The notes under the pieces: generated by a model
Told to the model about the DNA's origin: nothing
Seen by the model: the letters and a program-made list of their open reading frames with translations, nothing else
The model's database searches: none
DNA from: an uncultured Methanobrevibacter sp.
GTDB taxonomy: Archaea; Methanobacteriota; Methanobacteria; Methanobacteriales; Methanobacteriaceae
Length of the DNA stretch: 64,000 nucleotides
Assembly: GCA_900320955.1 (NCBI GenBank)
Contig: ONUN01000002.1
Span: 502-64,501, forward strand
Reading direction: 5' to 3'
In this document: positions 61,136-64,000 of the stretch, piece after piece
How the letters are laid out: each line of letters begins with the position of its first letter
Position numbering within the stretch: position 1 is the first letter of the stretch
Translations under genes and position numbers: made by a program

Positions 61136-61981
61136 TTATTCACTACCATAATTGATGCACAGCATTGTCAGGAATGCTCCGTTGATGTTGTCTGCACATA
61201 TCAATCCATTTAGAATCTTAGATCTGACATCCTTTTTAATTATTTCTCCATCGCCAACGGTTAAATCCTTGGTTTCGAGCAGCTTATTGAATGAATCTCC
61301 ATTTCCTAAAACCAGACTTTCCCATTTGGAAATGGCTTCCGCCTTTTTAGTTTCAGATTTTCTCATTACCTTATCGAAAAAGGCATCCTTGATGCTTGTG
61401 AAGTTCTTGCCGTCCAAAATCTCGGCATACAGCTCGTTTGTTATCTCGATGATATCCCTATCGTGAATGTTGGGATTTTCTCTTTTCACCCTTTCGACAG
61501 TTAATGCATCGTAATTGTTTCCCACAATATGTTCCAGGCTTCTGATATATGAATCCTGCTTGACGGCATTTGAAAAGTAATACTCCAAACTGCGTTTGAT
61601 TTCAAAATCACTGATATTCTCGTTGCTTATCTTATCATCAATTTTGTTGTAGATTATGTCCAGATCACGGGAAGACACTTCATATTTGGCTAAAAATTTA
61701 ACATAGAAGTCACTTTCACTATTCATAAGAAAAGACAGATATTCCAATTTGTTTCTTTTCTCTGTTTCAATGCATTTTTGTCTAAAATACTCTTCAGTAA
61801 CCTCGACAAGATTGTCATCGCTTGAAATGACCTCCTCTGAAATATCATCCTTAAGTTTTGATACTATAAGCTCGCATTCCTCAAGGCTCAAATCATATGA
61901 GTATAAAAGATATTTGAAAAATGGAGTGTCATAATCTCCAATGAGTTCGTCAAGTCGTGAAAGAATAACTTCATTAATCAT
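61136..61981 (-). CDS. Acidic helical-repeat hypothetical protein
   Basis: About four internal repeats (Y.LS…E.I..K…DI…I); stop abuts the helicase start. Confidence 0.75.
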   Translation of the reverse strand: MINEVILSRLDELIGDYDTPFFKYLLYSYDLSLEECELIVSKLKDDISEEVISSDDNLVEVTEEYFRQKCIETEKRNKLEYLSFLMNSESDFYVKFLAKYEVSSRDLDIIYNKIDDKISNENISDFEIKRSLEYYFSNAVKQDSYIRSLEHIVGNNYDALTVERVKRENPNIHDRDIIEITNELYAEILDGKNFTSIKDAFFDKVMRKSETKKAEAISKWESLVLGNGDSFNKLLETKDLTVGDGEIIKKDVRSKILNGLICADNINGAFLTMLCINYGSE

Positions 61982-62109
61982 ACTATGTTAATGTTTGTTA
62001 AAAATTAAATAAATAAATTTAGTTTTCCTCACTGTCATCATAGGCTTTTTGGAGTTTGGAAATCACTTTTAAAAATTCGTCATTATCTTCAAAAATCAAT
62101 ATTTTCGAA

Positions 62110-62424
62110 TCATTCATGAAAATCCCTACAGCCAACACCTGATTTTTGGCAAAACTTTCTGATTTCTCTGAATACTCTTTTCAAATCACTTTTCAAATAT
62201 GAATCTGAAAAATAATAGGAAAGCGATATCGTACCGTCCGGCGATACTATATCCACCACATTATTGTGAATTACTACATCCTTTGCGTTGAAGTGAGATA
62301 TGCTATTTTCAATGTTTCCAACAGCCACATCACCATCAACATCATCAATAATCTTAAAGGAAGTTAAAAGATTTGAATTTCTTTTAACCAACCTGTCAAT
62401 TGCTCCCAAATCAATAATATTCAT
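62110..62424 (-). CDS. Hypothetical protein
   Basis: AGGGGGA SD; 104 aa. Confidence 0.7.
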   Translation of the reverse strand: MNIIDLGAIDRLVKRNSNLLTSFKIIDDVDGDVAVGNIENSISHFNAKDVVIHNNVVDIVSPDGTISLSYYFSDSYLKSDLKRVFREIRKFCQKSGVGCRDFHE

Positions 62425-62500
62425 AATTATCCCCCTTAAATTAAAATGCTTCCAAAAGCTAGGCAGGCTACCAGATAGCCCACCATGAACAACAAATCCT

Positions 62501-62860
62501 TCAAAATATTAAACCTCCATAGCTTTTTGCCAAATCCTCATCAAACACATACCAAATGCGATTTTCAATGATTACCTGTTTTTTAAGTTCATCCAAACAG
62601 ATTGCTTTGATAATATGTTTTCCCTGTTTGTAATACCAAAAATTATCTCGTCTGCAAACCCTGAATATCCCTGTTTCATTTTCCAGATAGTTGAGTTCCA
62701 GTTCAACAGTCAAGAGTTCCTCCAAAAAATAGAAAACATTTCTAAGTTCCCTATTTTTTACATGATGCAAGTCCAAAATTCCATAGTCTATTGCTTTCAA
62801 TGTTTCATTTGTTAAAAAATCTGCGATTTCATCCGTAAATTTAGTCAAACAAACTCTCAT
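62501..62860 (-). CDS. Hypothetical protein with possible AP2-like DNA-binding motif
   Basis: GAGGT SD; TGIFRV…WYY…L.ELK..V…W pattern. Confidence 0.6.
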   Translation of the reverse strand: MRVCLTKFTDEIADFLTNETLKAIDYGILDLHHVKNRELRNVFYFLEELLTVELELNYLENETGIFRVCRRDNFWYYKQGKHIIKAICLDELKKQVIIENRIWYVFDEDLAKSYGGLIF

Positions 62861-62875
62861 GTAACCTCACAATAA

Positions 62876-63403
62876 TTATTCTTCTAAAACGATTATTTCC
62901 AGCAGCAAATCCATTACGAATTTGTTTAAAGGATTATCAAGCGACAGGAATTGCCGGTTTCCACGCTCTGATCCGAACTCTGCAAAGAACGGCGTGTGAT
63001 GGCATCCCCCATCAACAGTAGTTCCGAGAGTTACCTCATCATTCAAAACCTTGATTCCAAAGTCTGCGAATTCGAATACCAAAACCTCTGAACTGGAAGT
63101 TGTGAATGTTTTTGTCATGTTTCCATATTCAAGAGTAAATACAGCACCTTCAGAAGTGCTTTCACCGGTTGCATGTATCAGCCTGATATATATTCCGTTT
63201 TCATGAATTTTCCTTTCCAAAAACTCAAAGAAAGCATCATCCATGCTTTCAAAAGTGTATTTTTCATCGGCCATGCCTGCATAGGTGGGCATGTAATCTT
63301 TTGATGTGAGCTCGTCCACATAGAAGTGAAAATCCTCATTTCCATTTACGGCTTTTTCAACAGTCTTAAGCACATTTATATTAATTTTTCCAGATACGTT
63401 CAT
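62876..63403 (-). CDS. Hypothetical acidic protein
   Basis: GAGG SD; 175-aa ORF. Confidence 0.72.
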   Translation of the reverse strand: MNVSGKININVLKTVEKAVNGNEDFHFYVDELTSKDYMPTYAGMADEKYTFESMDDAFFEFLERKIHENGIYIRLIHATGESTSEGAVFTLEYGNMTKTFTTSSSEVLVFEFADFGIKVLNDEVTLGTTVDGGCHHTPFFAEFGSERGNRQFLSLDNPLNKFVMDLLLEIIVLEE

Positions 63404-63426
63404 ATTTTTTCCTCAATGATAATGGT

Positions 63427-63573
63427 TTAAAAGTCTATTATGCAGAAATTTCTTAAATACTCTAAAAAATCTCCAGTCCGTGAATATCTCCCCAACATTA
63501 AAGCAATGACACAGACTACGGTTACAATTGCCAGTATAGGCAAGCATACGAATTCATCTAAAATTGGAATCAC
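63427..63573 (-). CDS. Unannotated 48-aa single-TM protein (MIPILDEFVCLPILAIVTVVCVIALMLGRYSRTGDFLEYLRNFCIIDF)
   Basis: GGAGGT SD upstream of GTG 63573; TAA at 63427-63429; about 20-residue hydrophobic helix. Confidence 0.6.
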   Translation of the reverse strand: MIPILDEFVCLPILAIVTVVCVIALMLGRYSRTGDFLEYLRNFCIIDF

Positions 63574-63600
63574 GAATAACCTCCAAATTTGAAAAATTTC

Positions 63601-63763
63601 AGTAGCTGTTTAACAAAGAATAGTGAATAGGAGTTAAACAAATGATAGGATATAATTGAAGGATTGCTAAACAGCTACTCATCTTAATACAAATAGATAA
63701 AAGTTGTTTAATCATTTAAAAAGGTGAAAGAATATGAACTATTGAAAAAAATGATTAAACAAC
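63601..63763. repeat. Two tandem perfect inverted repeats (12 bp and 15 bp) enclosing SD-ATG-stop cassettes
   Basis: AGTAGCTGTTTA/TAAACAGCTACT (63601-63612/63668-63679) and GTTGTTTAATCATTT/AAATGATTAAACAAC (63703-63717/63749-63763). Confidence 0.85.
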
Positions 63764-63775
63764 AGATAAACGTGA

Positions 63776-63820
63776 TTAGAACATTACCCTTCCAGTAATG
63801 CTGTTTGTTAATTGGGTCAT
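63776..63820 (-). CDS. Candidate 14-aa leader peptide MTQLTNSITGRVMF
   Basis: GAGGAG SD at 63830-63835, ATG 63820, TAA 63776-63778. Confidence 0.4.
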   Translation of the reverse strand: MTQLTNSITGRVMF

Positions 63821-63927
63821 GGTTATCAACTCCTCAAAGTGATAAGTTCGTATAGAGTCAAATTTCAATAATGGCGTGGTTAATATATACCCATTTTTAA
63901 TGTGCAGTATAATTTATATAATGATGC

Positions 63928-63944
63928 CATATAAATACTTTTTG
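63928..63944 (-). promoter_or_regulatory. BRE/TATA promoter candidate for the minus-strand leader
   Basis: AAAAAGTATTTATATG on the minus strand (purine run followed by TTTATAT). Confidence 0.4.
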
Positions 63945-64000
63945 TTTTTTGTGAGATAATTAGGAAAAATCAATAGTCATTTTAAAACAAGAACAATTTT

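Noticed and set aside
1-64000. CRISPR array, tRNA/rRNA genes, integrase, transposase or reverse transcriptase
   Set aside because: No regularly spaced direct repeats, no GC-rich cloverleaf or rRNA-like stretch, and no ORF with the relevant motifs were seen by eye.

Overview
AT-rich archaeal chromosomal DNA, very probably from a Methanobrevibacter (Methanobacteriales) genome. The evidence is two pseudomurein-type Mur ligases, adhesin-like Ig-repeat surface proteins, a DUF2115 pair, GGTGA/GGAGG ribosome-binding sites and TTTATATA boxes. Most genes are on the minus strand. The centre (13.8-37.8 kb) is an envelope and housekeeping block: two DUF2142 GT-C proteins, a PMT-like and a GT2 glycosyltransferase, a polar amino-acid ABC transporter, two acyltransferase-3 genes, two TagF-like CDP-glycerol glycerophosphotransferases, a universal stress protein, two Mur ligases and a CDF transporter. 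Three co-oriented accessory modules lie around it and share overlapping parts. Module A (3.7-13.2 kb) has TPR-MORN, ADP-ribosylglycohydrolase, SseB, a Cas4-like/DUF2779 nuclease, TPR-HIRAN and wHTH genes. Module B (38.2-47.2 kb) has a Zn-ribbon/TerB-like/SpoVK-CbbX AAA+ ATPase, a membrane coiled-coil protein, a DinG helicase, SseB and an HExxH peptidase. Module C (55.6-63.6 kb) has a UvrD helicase with a degenerate nuclease domain, a TPR protein and two wHTH genes. Also present are a glutamate 2,3-aminomutase-type radical SAM enzyme, a pyruvate kinase with an aberrant N-terminus, and two structured intergenic loci (about 6.96-7.13 kb and 63.4-63.95 kb) with hairpins, SD/anti-SD sequences and unannotated micro-ORFs. 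I saw no rRNA, tRNA, CRISPR array, integrase or transposase. All family calls come from reading motifs by eye, not from database searches.
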